Assembly: GCA_963749075.1 (NCBI GenBank)
Contig: CAVVLJ010000020.1
Location: 320,001 to 384,000 of the forward strand
Reading direction: 5' to 3'
Source of the DNA: an uncultured Pseudomonadota bacterium
Lineage (GTDB): Bacteria > Pseudomonadota > Alphaproteobacteria > JACZXZ01
DNA: 64,000 nt
Positions 29,382 to 39,311 of the stretch are shown here, one piece after another. The position numbers and the translations under genes were made by a program. The notes beneath the pieces were generated by a model. The model searched no databases and had not been told where the DNA came from. It worked only from the letters and a program-made list of their open reading frames with translations. How positions within the stretch are numbered: the stretch's first letter is position 1; each line of letters begins with the position of its first letter.

Positions 29382-31367
29382 ATGGCCGAAGGGGAGATGA
29401 CGCGCGACGAGCCGTGGCTCATCCGCACCTATTCGGGCCACAGCTCGGCCAAGGCGTCGAACGAGCTCTACCGCACCAATCTCGCGCGCGGCCAGACGGG
29501 TCTCTCGGTCGCCTTCGATCTGCCGACCCAGACCGGCTACGACAGCGACCATCCGCTCGCCAAGGGCGAGGTCGGCAAGGTCGGCGTGCCGATCTCCCAT
29601 TTGGGCGACATGACGGCGCTCTTCGAAGGGATCCCGCTCGCCCGCATGAACACCTCGATGACGATCAACGCGACGGCACCCTGGCTCCTCGCCCTCTATA
29701 TCGCGGCGGCCGAGCGCCAGGGGGCGGAGCGCGCAGCACTCTCCGGCACCACGCAGAACGACCTCGTGAAGGAGTATCTCTCGCGCGGCACCTACATCTT
29801 CCCGCCGGAGCCGTCGCTCAGATTGACCACCGACGTGATCGCCTTCACCTACCGCGAGCTCCCGAAGTGGAACCCGATCAATGTCTGCTCCTACCATCTG
29901 CAGGAGGCGGGTGCCACGCCGGTGCAGGAGCTGGCGATAGCCTTGGCGACCGCCGCGGCCGTGCTCGACGCCGCGCGCGCGCGCGTGCCGGCCGAGGATT
30001 TCCCCACCGTCGCCGGCCGCATCAGCTTCTTCGTCAATGCCGGCATCCGCTTCGTGACCGAGATGTGCAAGATGCGCGCCTTCGCCGAGCTGTGGGACGA
30101 GCTCCTCAGCGATCGCTACGCCATCGCCGACGAGAAGCTGCGCCGCTTCCGCTACGGCGTGCAGGTGAACTCGCTCGGCTTGACCGAGCAGCAGCCGGAG
30201 AACAACGTCTACCGCATCCTCCTCGAGATGCTCGCGGTGGTGCTCTCCCGCCGCGCGCGGGCGCGCGCCGTGCAGCTCCCGGCGTGGAACGAGGCGCTCG
30301 GCCTGCCGCGGCCGTGGGACCAGCAATGGAGCATCCGGCTCCAGCAGATCCTCGCCTATGAGAGCGATCTCCTCGAGTACGGCGACATCTTCGACGGCGC
30401 GCACGCCATCGCCGCCAAGGTGGCCGAGCTCAAGGCGGCAGCCTCGGCCGAGCTCGCCCGCATCGAGGCCATGGGAGGTGCGATTGCCGCGGTCGAGAGC
30501 GGCTATTTGAAGCGGGCGCTCGTCGAGAGCAACGCGCGCCGCTTGGCCGCCATCGAGGCGGGCGAGCAGACGGTCGTCGGCGTCAACGCCTTCACGGACA
30601 CGGCACCCTCGCCGCTCTTGCAATCCGCCGACGGCGGGGCCCTCGTGCCCGACGAGGCGGCCGAGGCGGCGCAGCTCGCCTCGCTTGCGGCCTGGCGCAG
30701 AGAGCGCGATGCGGGCGCCGTAGCCGCGGCACTCGCCGCCCTCGGCGAGGCCGCCGCCGGAGGCCGCAACGTCATGGAGCCCTCGATCGCCGCGGCGCAT
30801 GCCGGCGTCACCACCGGCGAATGGGCGGCCGCACTCCGCGCCGTCTTCGGCGAGTACCGGGCACCCACGGGCGTCGGCGGCGCCGCACCGGCCGCTGCCG
30901 CGGCCGAGCTCGCGAGCTTGCGCCAGGAGACGGAGCGGGTGAGCCGGCGCTTGGGCCGCCGCATCAAGATGCTGGTCGGCAAGCCCGGCCTCGACGGCCA
31001 TTCCAACGGCGCGGAGCAGATCGCCGTGCGCGCCCGCGACGCCGGTCTCGAGGTCGTCTACCAGGGCATCCGCTTGACGCCCGAGCAGATCGTGGCGACC
31101 GCGCTCGAGGAATCGGTGCACGTGGTCGGGCTCTCGATCCTCTCGGGCTCCCACGTGGCGCTCGTGACGGAGGTGCGCGAGCGCATGGCCGCACTCGGTA
31201 TCGGCGACATCCCCGTCGTCGTCGGCGGCATCATCCCGCCGGCCGACGAGCGGCGCTTGCGCGAGGCCGGCGTCGCCCGCGTCTATACGCCCAAGGACTA
31301 CGCGCTCAACGCCATCATCGCCGACATCGTCGCCCTCGTCGACCGCGCCAGCCAGGAGGCGGCGTAG
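29382..31367 (+). CDS. ecm: Ethylmalonyl-CoA mutase (MeaA)
   Basis: PWLIRTYSGHS, LSVAFDLPTQTGYD, GVQVNSLGLTEQQPENN and B12 motif GLDGHSNGAE; divergent from ccr. Confidence 0.93.
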   Translation: MAEGEMTRDEPWLIRTYSGHSSAKASNELYRTNLARGQTGLSVAFDLPTQTGYDSDHPLAKGEVGKVGVPISHLGDMTALFEGIPLARMNTSMTINATAPWLLALYIAAAERQGAERAALSGTTQNDLVKEYLSRGTYIFPPEPSLRLTTDVIAFTYRELPKWNPINVCSYHLQEAGATPVQELAIALATAAAVLDAARARVPAEDFPTVAGRISFFVNAGIRFVTEMCKMRAFAELWDELLSDRYAIADEKLRRFRYGVQVNSLGLTEQQPENNVYRILLEMLAVVLSRRARARAVQLPAWNEALGLPRPWDQQWSIRLQQILAYESDLLEYGDIFDGAHAIAAKVAELKAAASAELARIEAMGGAIAAVESGYLKRALVESNARRLAAIEAGEQTVVGVNAFTDTAPSPLLQSADGGALVPDEAAEAAQLASLAAWRRERDAGAVAAALAALGEAAAGGRNVMEPSIAAAHAGVTTGEWAAALRAVFGEYRAPTGVGGAAPAAAAAELASLRQETERVSRRLGRRIKMLVGKPGLDGHSNGAEQIAVRARDAGLEVVYQGIRLTPEQIVATALEESVHVVGLSILSGSHVALVTEVRERMAALGIGDIPVVVGGIIPPADERRLREAGVARVYTPKDYALNAIIADIVALVDRASQEAA

Positions 31368-31378
31368 GCCAGTTCATT

Positions 31379-31527
31379 CCTCTCCTCCTTCAGGAGGAGA
31401 GGAAGGGGCCCATCCCGAAGGGATGGGAAGGTGAGGAGGCCGAATGCTTGAGCGCTTCTGCGGCCGACGAGGAGCCTTGCAAAGATACCTCCTCACCCCG
31501 ACCCTCTCCTCCTGAAGGAGGAGAGGG
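31379..31527. repeat. REP-like doublet, variant stem CCTCTCCTCC-TTCA-GGAGGAGAGG
   Basis: Two inverted units, with stem changes that keep base pairing relative to the other copies. Confidence 0.75.
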
Positions 31528-31617
31528 AGAACATTCTTCTCCGTGTTCTCCGTGGTTAAGCCTTCATCTCGACGTCGGTTGACAAGCGGCCGGGCGCACC
31601 CGACGCTTCAGCCCGCC

Positions 31618-32904
31618 ATGACGCCCGACTTCCTCCCGCTCGCCGAGATCGCAGCGCTCCAGGCCGCGCGCTGGCAGGCGCAGTCGGCTTACGTGGCGCG
31701 GCACTCGCCCTTCTTCCGGCGGCTCTGGGCCGGTGCTGCGCCGCCGGTGCTGCTCGCGGATCTGCCGGTGCTGCCGCTCTGCGACAAGGCGATGCTGCGC
31801 GCGAGCCAGGCGGCCTCGCCGCCCTTCGGCGATTATCTCGCCGCGCGAAGCGAGGAGGTCTTGCGCGTGCACCGCACCTCGGGCACCACCGGCCAGGCGA
31901 TGAACTTGGCACTCAGTGCCGCCGACGCCGGGCTCACGGCCGAGGTCGGCGGCCGCGCCCAGCGCGCCGCCGGGCTCGGCCCCGGTCATCGGGTGGTGCA
32001 TTGTCTCAACTACCAGCTCTGGATGGGCGGCCTCACCGACCACATGACGCTCGAGGCGACGGGTGCCACCGTCGTTCCCTTCGGCGTCGGCGGCAGCGAG
32101 CTTCTCGTGCGCACCATCCGCGAGCTCGGCATCACGGCGATCTGCTGCACGCCCTCCTATCCCGCGGTGCTCGAGCGCGTGATCGCCGAGCGCTTCCCTG
32201 GCCTCAAACCCAGCGACCTCGGCCTCGAGCTAGCACTCTTCGGCGGCGAGGCCGGCCTCGACGACGCGAATTTCCGCGCGCGGCTCGAGACGGTTTGGGG
32301 ATTTGCGGCGCGCAACGCCAACTACGGCGTCTCGGACGTGCTGTGCAATTTCGCCGGCCAGTGCGAGGCCCAGGGCGACCTCCATTTCGTGGCGCTCGAC
32401 GCGCTCTATCCCGAGCTCATCGATCCGGCCACGGGCGAGCAGCACCCCTTCGCGGCGGGCGAGGAGGGCGAGCTGGTGCTGACCCACCTCGCCAAGGAAT
32501 GCCAGCCCCTCGTGCGCTTCCGCACGGGCGACGTTGTCGTCCTCACTGCGAGCGAGCCTTGCGCCTGCGGGCGCACGGCGCCGCGCTTCCGCGTCATCGG
32601 GCGCAGCGACGACATGGTGGTGGTGCGCGGCATCAACGTCTATCCGACCATGGTCGCGGCCGTGCTCGGCGCCTTCCCCGAGCTCTCGGGCGAATACCGC
32701 ATCCGCCTCCCGCGCCGCGGGCCCCACGACCGTCTTCCGGTCGAGGCCGAGCTCGCCGCCGGGGCGCCCGACGGCGCCGCCCTCGCCGATGCGGTCGCCG
32801 CGGCGATCAAGCGGGAGCTCGGCGTCAGCGCGGCGGTCACGCTCGCGCCGCCGCGCTCGCTGCCGCGCAACGAAGGCAAGACTCGGCGAGTCTTCAAGGA
32901 GTAG
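31618..32904 (+). CDS. Phenylacetate-CoA ligase-family acyl-CoA ligase
   Basis: HRTSGTTG, TPSY, NYGVSD, PLVRFRTGD and GRSDDMVVVRGINVYP. Confidence 0.85.
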   Translation: MTPDFLPLAEIAALQAARWQAQSAYVARHSPFFRRLWAGAAPPVLLADLPVLPLCDKAMLRASQAASPPFGDYLAARSEEVLRVHRTSGTTGQAMNLALSAADAGLTAEVGGRAQRAAGLGPGHRVVHCLNYQLWMGGLTDHMTLEATGATVVPFGVGGSELLVRTIRELGITAICCTPSYPAVLERVIAERFPGLKPSDLGLELALFGGEAGLDDANFRARLETVWGFAARNANYGVSDVLCNFAGQCEAQGDLHFVALDALYPELIDPATGEQHPFAAGEEGELVLTHLAKECQPLVRFRTGDVVVLTASEPCACGRTAPRFRVIGRSDDMVVVRGINVYPTMVAAVLGAFPELSGEYRIRLPRRGPHDRLPVEAELAAGAPDGAALADAVAAAIKRELGVSAAVTLAPPRSLPRNEGKTRRVFKE

Positions 32905-32907
32905 GCG

Positions 32908-33663
32908 ATGGCCAACGCGGTCTTGAGTGAGCACCACGACGGGGTCTCCACGATCACGCTCAACCGCCCCGAGCGGCTCAATGCGATCAACCCCGCACTC
33001 CTCGCCGGCCTCCTTGCGGCCATGCGCGCGGCCAATGCCGATGAGGGGGTGCGGGCGGTCGTGCTGCGCGGCGCCGGTCGCGCCTTCTGCGCGGGCGACG
33101 ATCTCAAGGAATTCAGCGAGCAGAGCCGCTCGCCCGACGGGGCGCGCGCCTACGTCGAGGAGATCCAGGAGGTGACGCGCGCCATCTCGCTCGGCGGCAA
33201 GATGGTGATCGGCGCCATCCATGGCTGGGCCGTGGGCGGCGGGCTCGAATGGGTGATCAACTGCGACCTCGCCATCATGGCGGAGGGCACGCGCTGCTTC
33301 TTCCCGGAGATCGCCCTCGGCGTCTTCGTGACGGGCGGCGTCACCACGCTCCTCCCCAAGCTCGTCGGCCTCCAGAAGGCGCGCGAGCTCATCCTCTTCG
33401 GCGAGCGCTTCGACGCGCGCGCGGCACTCGCCATGGGGATCGCCTGGAAGGTGGTGCCGGAGACAGCGCTCCTCGCCGCGGCGGAGGAGACGGCGCGCCG
33501 CATCGCGAGCCTGCCGGCGGGTGCGGTGAGCGATCTCAAGCGCGTCTTGAACCGCGCTTGCGCTCTCGACCTCGAGGCGGCGATGGCGCTCGAGACCGAG
33601 GCGACCGTGCGCGGCTTCCTCGATCCCGAGACCGCCGCGCGCGTGGCGCGCTTCGGCAAGTAA
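32908..33663 (+). CDS. Enoyl-CoA hydratase/isomerase family protein
   Basis: LNRPERLNA, FCAGDDL, GGGLE and FPEIALG. Confidence 0.9.
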   Translation: MANAVLSEHHDGVSTITLNRPERLNAINPALLAGLLAAMRAANADEGVRAVVLRGAGRAFCAGDDLKEFSEQSRSPDGARAYVEEIQEVTRAISLGGKMVIGAIHGWAVGGGLEWVINCDLAIMAEGTRCFFPEIALGVFVTGGVTTLLPKLVGLQKARELILFGERFDARAALAMGIAWKVVPETALLAAAEETARRIASLPAGAVSDLKRVLNRACALDLEAAMALETEATVRGFLDPETAARVARFGK

Positions 33664-33853
33664 CGCTGGGAAGTCCGAGCCATGGAGGGCTTCCGCGCCG
33701 CCGCCGCCGGAGGCTTGACCGCGCGGGCCTTACCCTGTTAGCTTCCCGCCATGAGCGAGCAGCTCCGCATTCGGCGAATTAGCACCCCGGCGCCCCTTGG
33801 GCTGCCGGGCCTTGGTGCTATTGCGTCCGCCCGTTTGCAGGAGTCTGCTTGCC

Positions 33854-34165
33854 ATGCTTGCCACCGCTGAATCCCGACAACATCCGAGCCAATCCCCCTC
33901 GCAGCCGACCGCCTGTTTCGCCGTCGAGGCGCGCGCCGAGCCTGGCGCGATGCCGCGCGTCCTCGAGCTCTTCGCCAAGCGCGGCCTGGTGCCGCGGCAC
34001 TGGCACAGCACGCTTCATGGCTCGGGCGGCGCCGAGCTCCACATCGACATCCAAGTCGAAGGGATGGCGCACGAGCTCGCCCAATATGTGGCGCGCTGTT
34101 TACGCCAGCTGCCCGACGTGGTCCTCGTGCTCATCTCCGAGAAGGGCTACGCCGGGCGCGACTGA
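33854..34165 (+). CDS. Stand-alone ACT-domain protein
   Basis: FAVEARAEPGAMPRVLELFAKRGL...LRQLPDVVLV (ACT fold pattern); AGGAG RBS. Confidence 0.75.
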   Translation: MLATAESRQHPSQSPSQPTACFAVEARAEPGAMPRVLELFAKRGLVPRHWHSTLHGSGGAELHIDIQVEGMAHELAQYVARCLRQLPDVVLVLISEKGYAGRD

Positions 34166-34265
34166 GGGGGTGCCGCCGCCGGGCGATTGTCACGGAAGCG
34201 AGGTTGCGGCCGGCCGCGGATACCGCTAGAGGAGCGGCTCAGCAAAAGGGCCGGAGCCGCGTCCG

Positions 34266-35111
34266 TTGAGCTTTCTCGACCGCATCCGCGAATGCAACAG
34301 CCGCGACATGTCCCGCTTCCGCCCCTTCGTCGCGGGCGGCGAGCGCGTCGGCTGGCTCAAGGCGCCCTTCGTCCACGAGCTCGAGGCCTTCCCCAAGCTC
34401 TTCGCGGTGAGCGAGGAGCGCGTGGTGCTGGCGCCCGAGCTCGCGACCGCCGAGGCGCGGACTGCGGCGCTCGACGAGGCGCTGCGCCGGCTCGCCGAGC
34501 GCGGCGTCATCGAGGGCTGGCGCGAGGAGGTCTATCCGGTGACGCTGGCCTGGGGCGCCGCACCCATCATGCTGATGGAGCGCGCCGCCACGCCCTACTT
34601 CGGCGTGCGCGCCTATGGCGTGCACATGAACGGCTTCGTTGCCGAAGGCGAGCGCATCTCCATGTGGGTGGCGCGGCGCGCCCTTGACAAGCCCACCTAC
34701 CCGGGCATGCTCGACAACATGGTGGCGGGCGGCCAGCCGGCCGGCATCTCGCTCGCGGACAATCTCGCCAAGGAATGCCACGAGGAGGCCAACATCCCGG
34801 ATTGGCTCGCGCGGCGTGCCGTGCCAACCGGTGCCGTCACCTACGCCATGGAGACGCCCGAGGGCCTCAAGCCCGACGTGCAGTTCGTCTACGACCTCGC
34901 CGTGCCGGCCGATTTCACGCCGCGGGCGCGCGACGGCGAGATCCACGAATTCATGCTGTGGCCCATCGAGCGGGTGATGGAGGTGGTGGACGGCAGCGCC
35001 GAGTTCAAGTTCAACTGCAACCTCGTCATCATCCACTTCCTCGTGCAGCACGGCCTCATTCCGCCCGAGCACCCGGACTACCTCGCGATCGTCAAGGGCC
35101 TGCACCAGTAG
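34266..35111 (+). CDS. NUDIX hydrolase with DUF4743
   Basis: GWREEVY, ERAATPYFGVRAYGVHMNG, LDNMVAGG, KECHEEA and FKFNCNLV. Confidence 0.88.
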   Translation: MSFLDRIRECNSRDMSRFRPFVAGGERVGWLKAPFVHELEAFPKLFAVSEERVVLAPELATAEARTAALDEALRRLAERGVIEGWREEVYPVTLAWGAAPIMLMERAATPYFGVRAYGVHMNGFVAEGERISMWVARRALDKPTYPGMLDNMVAGGQPAGISLADNLAKECHEEANIPDWLARRAVPTGAVTYAMETPEGLKPDVQFVYDLAVPADFTPRARDGEIHEFMLWPIERVMEVVDGSAEFKFNCNLVIIHFLVQHGLIPPEHPDYLAIVKGLHQ

Positions 35112-35146
35112 GGCGCGCAAGTATCTGGCCCATCGGCGCGTGGCGG

Positions 35147-35245
35147 ACCCCCCTCCCTCCCCTCCCCCTCAAGGGGGGAGGGGAGCTCTGAGCGGGCTCG
35201 ATTATTTCCCCCTCCCCCTTGAAGGGGGAGGGTTGGGGTGGGGGT
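35147..35245. repeat. REP-like doublet
   Basis: CCTCCCCCTCAAGGGGGGAGG...CCCTCCCCCTTGAAGGGGGAGGGTTGGGGTGGGGG between convergent genes. Confidence 0.8.
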
Positions 35246-35271
35246 GGCGCGTAAATTGGCGAGAGCTGGCC

Positions 35272-36126
35272 CTAATCCGGAAATCCCGCGAGCGCCCGGA
35301 CCTCCGCGGGGCTCTTGCCTGCTTCGCGCAAGGCGGCGAGCGTTGGTGCGCCCTCGCGCTTGGCGAGGCGCCGGCCGCTTGTGTCCTCGAGCAGCGCGTG
35401 GTGGCAATAGTCCGGCACCGCGAGGCCGAGAAGGGCCTGGAGGAGCCGGTGCACGTGGGTGGCGGCAAAGAGGTCCTCGCCGCGCGTCACCAGCGTCACT
35501 CCCTGGAGATGGTCGTCGAGAGTCACCGCGAGATGGTAGCTCGTGCCGAGCTCCTTCCTCGCCAGCACCACGTCGCCGTGGCTCTCGGGTGCTGCGCGCA
35601 CCTGGCCGCGGCCGCGGTCGTGCCAGGCGAGCGGACCCGCGGCAGCGATTGCCGCCGCCATGTCGAGGCGGAGTGCGTAAGGGCTGCCGGCGGCGATGCG
35701 CGCGCTTCGCTCGGAAAGTGGGAGGCGGCGGCAGGTGCCGGGATAGAGCGGGCCCTCGGCGCCATGGGGCGCTGCTGCGGCGCGCGCGATCTCGGCTGCG
35801 ATCTCCGCCCGCGTGCAGAAGCAGGGATAAAGGAGGCCCATGCCATCGAGCTCGCGCAGCGCCGTGGCGTAGTCCGCCATATGCTCGGACTGGCGGCGCA
35901 CCGGTTCCTCCCAGGCGAGGCCGAGCCAGGCGAGGTCCGCGAGGATGGCGTCCTCGAACTCCTTGCGCGCGCGCGCGCGGTCGATGTCCTCGATGCGGAG
36001 GAGGAAACGGCCGCCCGCCTCGCGTGCAGCGGCCGCGGCGAAGAGGGCGGCATAAGCGTGGCCGAGGTGGAGGCGGCCGGTCGGGCTCGGGGCGAAGCGG
36101 GTTACCACGGCAGGGCCGCTCATCAT
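35272..36126 (-). CDS. gluQ: tRNA glutamyl-Q(34) synthetase
   Basis: TRFAPSPTGRLHLGH, LRIEDID, YPCFCTR, RGEDL and RLAKR; no anticodon-binding domain. Confidence 0.92.
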   Translation of the reverse strand: MMSGPAVVTRFAPSPTGRLHLGHAYAALFAAAAAREAGGRFLLRIEDIDRARARKEFEDAILADLAWLGLAWEEPVRRQSEHMADYATALRELDGMGLLYPCFCTRAEIAAEIARAAAAPHGAEGPLYPGTCRRLPLSERSARIAAGSPYALRLDMAAAIAAAGPLAWHDRGRGQVRAAPESHGDVVLARKELGTSYHLAVTLDDHLQGVTLVTRGEDLFAATHVHRLLQALLGLAVPDYCHHALLEDTSGRRLAKREGAPTLAALREAGKSPAEVRALAGFPD

Positions 36127-36193
36127 GGCGCTCGTCATGGCGCTGGCAGTACGCCAAAGTTTCCGCTAAGGGAAGATGCGCGCGGAGCCGGGA

Positions 36194-36817
36194 ATGACGC
36201 AGCGATTGAGCCGCAGGATGCTGGAGGAAGCGCTCGCCGAGCTCGGCCGGCGCGACCCCGATCTTGCGCGCGCGCACCGCGAGGCGGGCACGCCCAACTT
36301 GCGCCGGCGCGAGCCGGGCTTCGCCGCCCTGCTCGACATCATCTTGGCGCAGCAGCTCTCGGCCGCCTCGGCCAATGCGATCAAGGGGCGCCTCCTGGCA
36401 CTCGCCGGGCCGCCCACGCCTGCGGGCTTCCTCGCCCTCGACGACGGGCAGTTGCGCGCCATCGGCTTCAGCCGCCAGAAGATCCTCTACGGCCGCGGCC
36501 TCGCCGAGGCGATCGCCGGCGGCGGGCTCGATCTCGCGCGCATCCACCGCATGGCGGACGAGGAGGCGATCGCCGCCATCACCGAGCTCAAGGGCCTGGG
36601 GCGCTGGAGTGCCGAGGTCTATCTCCTCTTCGCCATGCGGCGCCCCGACATCTGGCCGGTCGACGATCTCGCCGTCGTGGTCGCGGTGCAGCGCTTGAAG
36701 GGATTGAGGAAGCGCCCCGACCGCAAGCGCATGCTCGCGATAGCCGAGCCGTGGCGGCCGTGGCGCAGCTATGCGGCGCGGCTCATGTGGCACTACTACC
36801 GCAACGCGCCCGCTTGA
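36194..36817 (+). CDS. alkA: DNA-3-methyladenine glycosylase (AlkA/HhH-GPD)
   Basis: QQLSAASA, KGLGRWSAE, DIWPVDDL and WRPWRSYAA. Confidence 0.88.
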   Translation: MTQRLSRRMLEEALAELGRRDPDLARAHREAGTPNLRRREPGFAALLDIILAQQLSAASANAIKGRLLALAGPPTPAGFLALDDGQLRAIGFSRQKILYGRGLAEAIAGGGLDLARIHRMADEEAIAAITELKGLGRWSAEVYLLFAMRRPDIWPVDDLAVVVAVQRLKGLRKRPDRKRMLAIAEPWRPWRSYAARLMWHYYRNAPA

Positions 36818-36841
36818 GCGCCGGGAAGGACGACGCGAGCG

Positions 36842-37510
36842 ATGCCCGATCTTTTCGCGCTGAGCGGCCCGGGCTTTCCCCCGCTCGCGGGCGGCAAGGC
36901 CGCGGCACTCGTCATCCTGCTGCACGGCTGGGGGGCCAACGGCAACGACCTCATCGGCCTCGCGCCCCATTGGGCGCCGGCACTGCCGCACGCGGAGTTC
37001 CTCTCCCCGCACGGGCCCTTTCCTTGCGACATGGGCTTCGGCCGCCAATGGTTCAGCCTCGCCGACCGCTCGCCCGAGCGCATCATGGCGGGCGTGCGCG
37101 CGAGCGTGCCGGCGCTCGAGGGCTTCATCGACGAGGAGCTCGCGAAGCGCGGGCTCGAGGAGGACCGCCTGGCGCTCGTCGGCTTCTCCCAGGGCACCAT
37201 GATGGCGCTCTACGTGGCGCTCAGGCGCGCCAAGCAGCTGGCCGGCGTGCTCGGCTACTCGGGCCGGCTCATCGGCGGCCCGGCACTCGCGGGCGAGCTC
37301 GCCTCGCGGCCGCCCGTCCTCCTCATCCACGGCACGGCCAACGAGATGATCCCCATCGCCGCCATGCGCGAGGCGAAGCAACTGCTCGAGGCGCTCGGCG
37401 TGCCGGTCGAGGCGCACGAGCGCCCGGGCCTCGGCCACGGCATCGACGAGTTCGGCCTTGCGGCCGGCGGGCGCTTCCTCGCCAAGGTCCTGCCGGCGGC
37501 GCCGGGGTAG
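36842..37510 (+). CDS. Phospholipase/carboxylesterase (alpha/beta hydrolase)
   Basis: LHGWGANG, GFSQG and GHGI. Confidence 0.88.
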   Translation: MPDLFALSGPGFPPLAGGKAAALVILLHGWGANGNDLIGLAPHWAPALPHAEFLSPHGPFPCDMGFGRQWFSLADRSPERIMAGVRASVPALEGFIDEELAKRGLEEDRLALVGFSQGTMMALYVALRRAKQLAGVLGYSGRLIGGPALAGELASRPPVLLIHGTANEMIPIAAMREAKQLLEALGVPVEAHERPGLGHGIDEFGLAAGGRFLAKVLPAAPG

Positions 37511-37534
37511 GTTTTCGCCAGGCAATATCCGTAT

Positions 37535-38395
37535 CTACGCCTTGACGTTGAAGCGCCGTTCCAGCCGGGCCGTCCAGCGCGCGATCGGATAGCAGTAGAC
37601 GAAGAACATGAGGAGCAGCATCGCATACATCGGGATGAAGAGCTCGGTGCGGCCGTCCGCCACGAGCGCCTGCTCCGTCGTGGCAACCGCCTCCTGGACG
37701 CCGACGACGGAGATGAGGGAGGTCGCCATGGTCAGGATGGCATAGAGGTTCATCCAAGGCGGAATCATGCGCCTGATCGCCTGGGGAATGACGACCATCC
37801 ACAGCGTCTGACGGCGGTTCAGGGCCAGCGACTGGGCCGACTCCCACTGGCCATAGGGGATCGACGTGATGCCGCCGCGCATGATCTCGGAGACGTTGGC
37901 CATCACCGGAAGCGACAGGCCGATGATGGCCTTGAACCAGCCGGGAATCGGAATCTGCTGCCCCATGACCGTGAGCGAGAACGGGATGAGGAACATGACG
38001 TAGAAGAGCAGGACGAGCCAAGGCGCGTTGCGGAAGAACTGCGTCGCGAGCCAGGCCCCGTGGCGGAGCGGCCGGATGAGCGAGAGCTGCGCCAGCCCCA
38101 GCGCGACGCCGGCCGCCGATCCGATCAGCATGGCGAAGACGCTCACGAGCAGGTTGAAGAGGAAGTGCTCGAAGATCAGCGGCGCCCATCGCGCGAGCGT
38201 CATGACGATTCCCGGCGCGGCACTTCCGTTCGCCGCTTCGGCGGCCAGCACCGACGAGCAGAAGATCGCGAAGATCGCCGCAAGCATCCAGGCGCTCGGC
38301 CGGAATGCCGGGAGACCCGCCCGGCCGGCGGCGAGGCGGGCGGTCGGCGCTCGGATGCCGGCGGCAGGGGCCGGCTGCGATGCCGGGCGCCTCAA
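37535..38395 (-). CDS. Polar amino-acid ABC transporter permease
   Basis: FFRNAPWLV, SEIMRGGI..IPYGQWESAQSL and IPQAIRRMIP. Confidence 0.88.
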   Translation of the reverse strand: MRRPASQPAPAAGIRAPTARLAAGRAGLPAFRPSAWMLAAIFAIFCSSVLAAEAANGSAAPGIVMTLARWAPLIFEHFLFNLLVSVFAMLIGSAAGVALGLAQLSLIRPLRHGAWLATQFFRNAPWLVLLFYVMFLIPFSLTVMGQQIPIPGWFKAIIGLSLPVMANVSEIMRGGITSIPYGQWESAQSLALNRRQTLWMVVIPQAIRRMIPPWMNLYAILTMATSLISVVGVQEAVATTEQALVADGRTELFIPMYAMLLLMFFVYCYPIARWTARLERRFNVKA

Positions 38396-39138
38396 GCGTT
38401 ATAGCCCGGTATGTGCAGCGCACGCTCGATCCGCCGCATGATGAGGACCACGACGCTTACCAGGAGGATGTAGGTGACGAGCAGGACATTCATCATCTCG
38501 CGGACGTTCAGCGTCTCCGACCAGATCTGCGCGGACGCGTAAAGCAGCTCGGGAACCGCGATGGCATAGGCCAGCGTGGTCGTCTTCACGAGGTTGACGA
38601 GATTGTTGTTGAAAGCCGGCAGGCAGATGCGGAACCCGAGCGGCATCGCGACATGGACATAGATGCCCAGCCGCGTATAGCCGAGCGATTCTGCCGCCTC
38701 CCGCGTCGCCAGCGGTACCGCCTCGATGCCGGAGCGGAAAATCTCGATGTTGAAAGCGCCGCCGTAGAGCGAGAGCGCGATGATCGCCCAGCCGATGTTG
38801 TCGACGAGGGGCACCGAGATGCGCCCTCCGGCGGCGATGCTCGGCATGATCGAGCCGATTGCGAAAAAGAAGAAGAGAAGCTGGACGAGCGGCGGGGTAT
38901 TGCGGACGACGTGGATGTAGCCCTGCACGGCCGCGCGGACGACGGGCGAGCGGGCGCCCTGCAGCCAGCACCCGACGAGGCCGATGAGCGTGCTGACGGT
39001 GATGCAGACGACCGAGAGATAGACCGTCGTCCACAGGCCTTCGAGGAAGCGGCTCTCGTCGTAGGGGTCGTAGAAGATCGAGAAGTTCAGGCCATAGGAC
39101 TCATTGAGCCATCTGAAAAACTCGCTGATCGGGGACAT
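38392..39138 (-). CDS. Polar amino-acid ABC transporter permease
   Basis: RNTPPLVQL, EIFRSGIEAV..EAAESLG and NLVKTTTL. Confidence 0.9.
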   Translation of the reverse strand: MSPISEFFRWLNESYGLNFSIFYDPYDESRFLEGLWTTVYLSVVCITVSTLIGLVGCWLQGARSPVVRAAVQGYIHVVRNTPPLVQLLFFFFAIGSIMPSIAAGGRISVPLVDNIGWAIIALSLYGGAFNIEIFRSGIEAVPLATREAAESLGYTRLGIYVHVAMPLGFRICLPAFNNNLVNLVKTTTLAYAIAVPELLYASAQIWSETLNVREMMNVLLVTYILLVSVVVLIMRRIERALHIPGYNA

Positions 39139-39211
39139 CGCGCAGCACTGCCAAAATCATCGCGCCAATCTGCCGAGTCCGCGGGCCGCAGCAAACGGGG
39201 AGCGCCTCTCC

Positions 39212-39311
39212 CGTCACCCCCGCGAAAGCGGGGGTCCAGAGCCGCCGGATTCCCGCTTTCGCGGGAATGACGACCGGAGCGGCGATTCCGCTTGAGCGGG
39301 AACCGCTCTAG
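39212..39311. repeat. CGTC-tagged REP doublet plus half of a CTAGAGCGG-type (RIME/CIR-like) repeat
   Basis: CGTCACCCCCGCGAAAGCGGGGGTCC...GGATTCCCGCTTTCGCGGGAATGACG (39212-39272); minus-strand CTAGAGCGGTTCCCGCTCAAGCGGAATCGC starting at the SBP stop codon. Confidence 0.75.
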
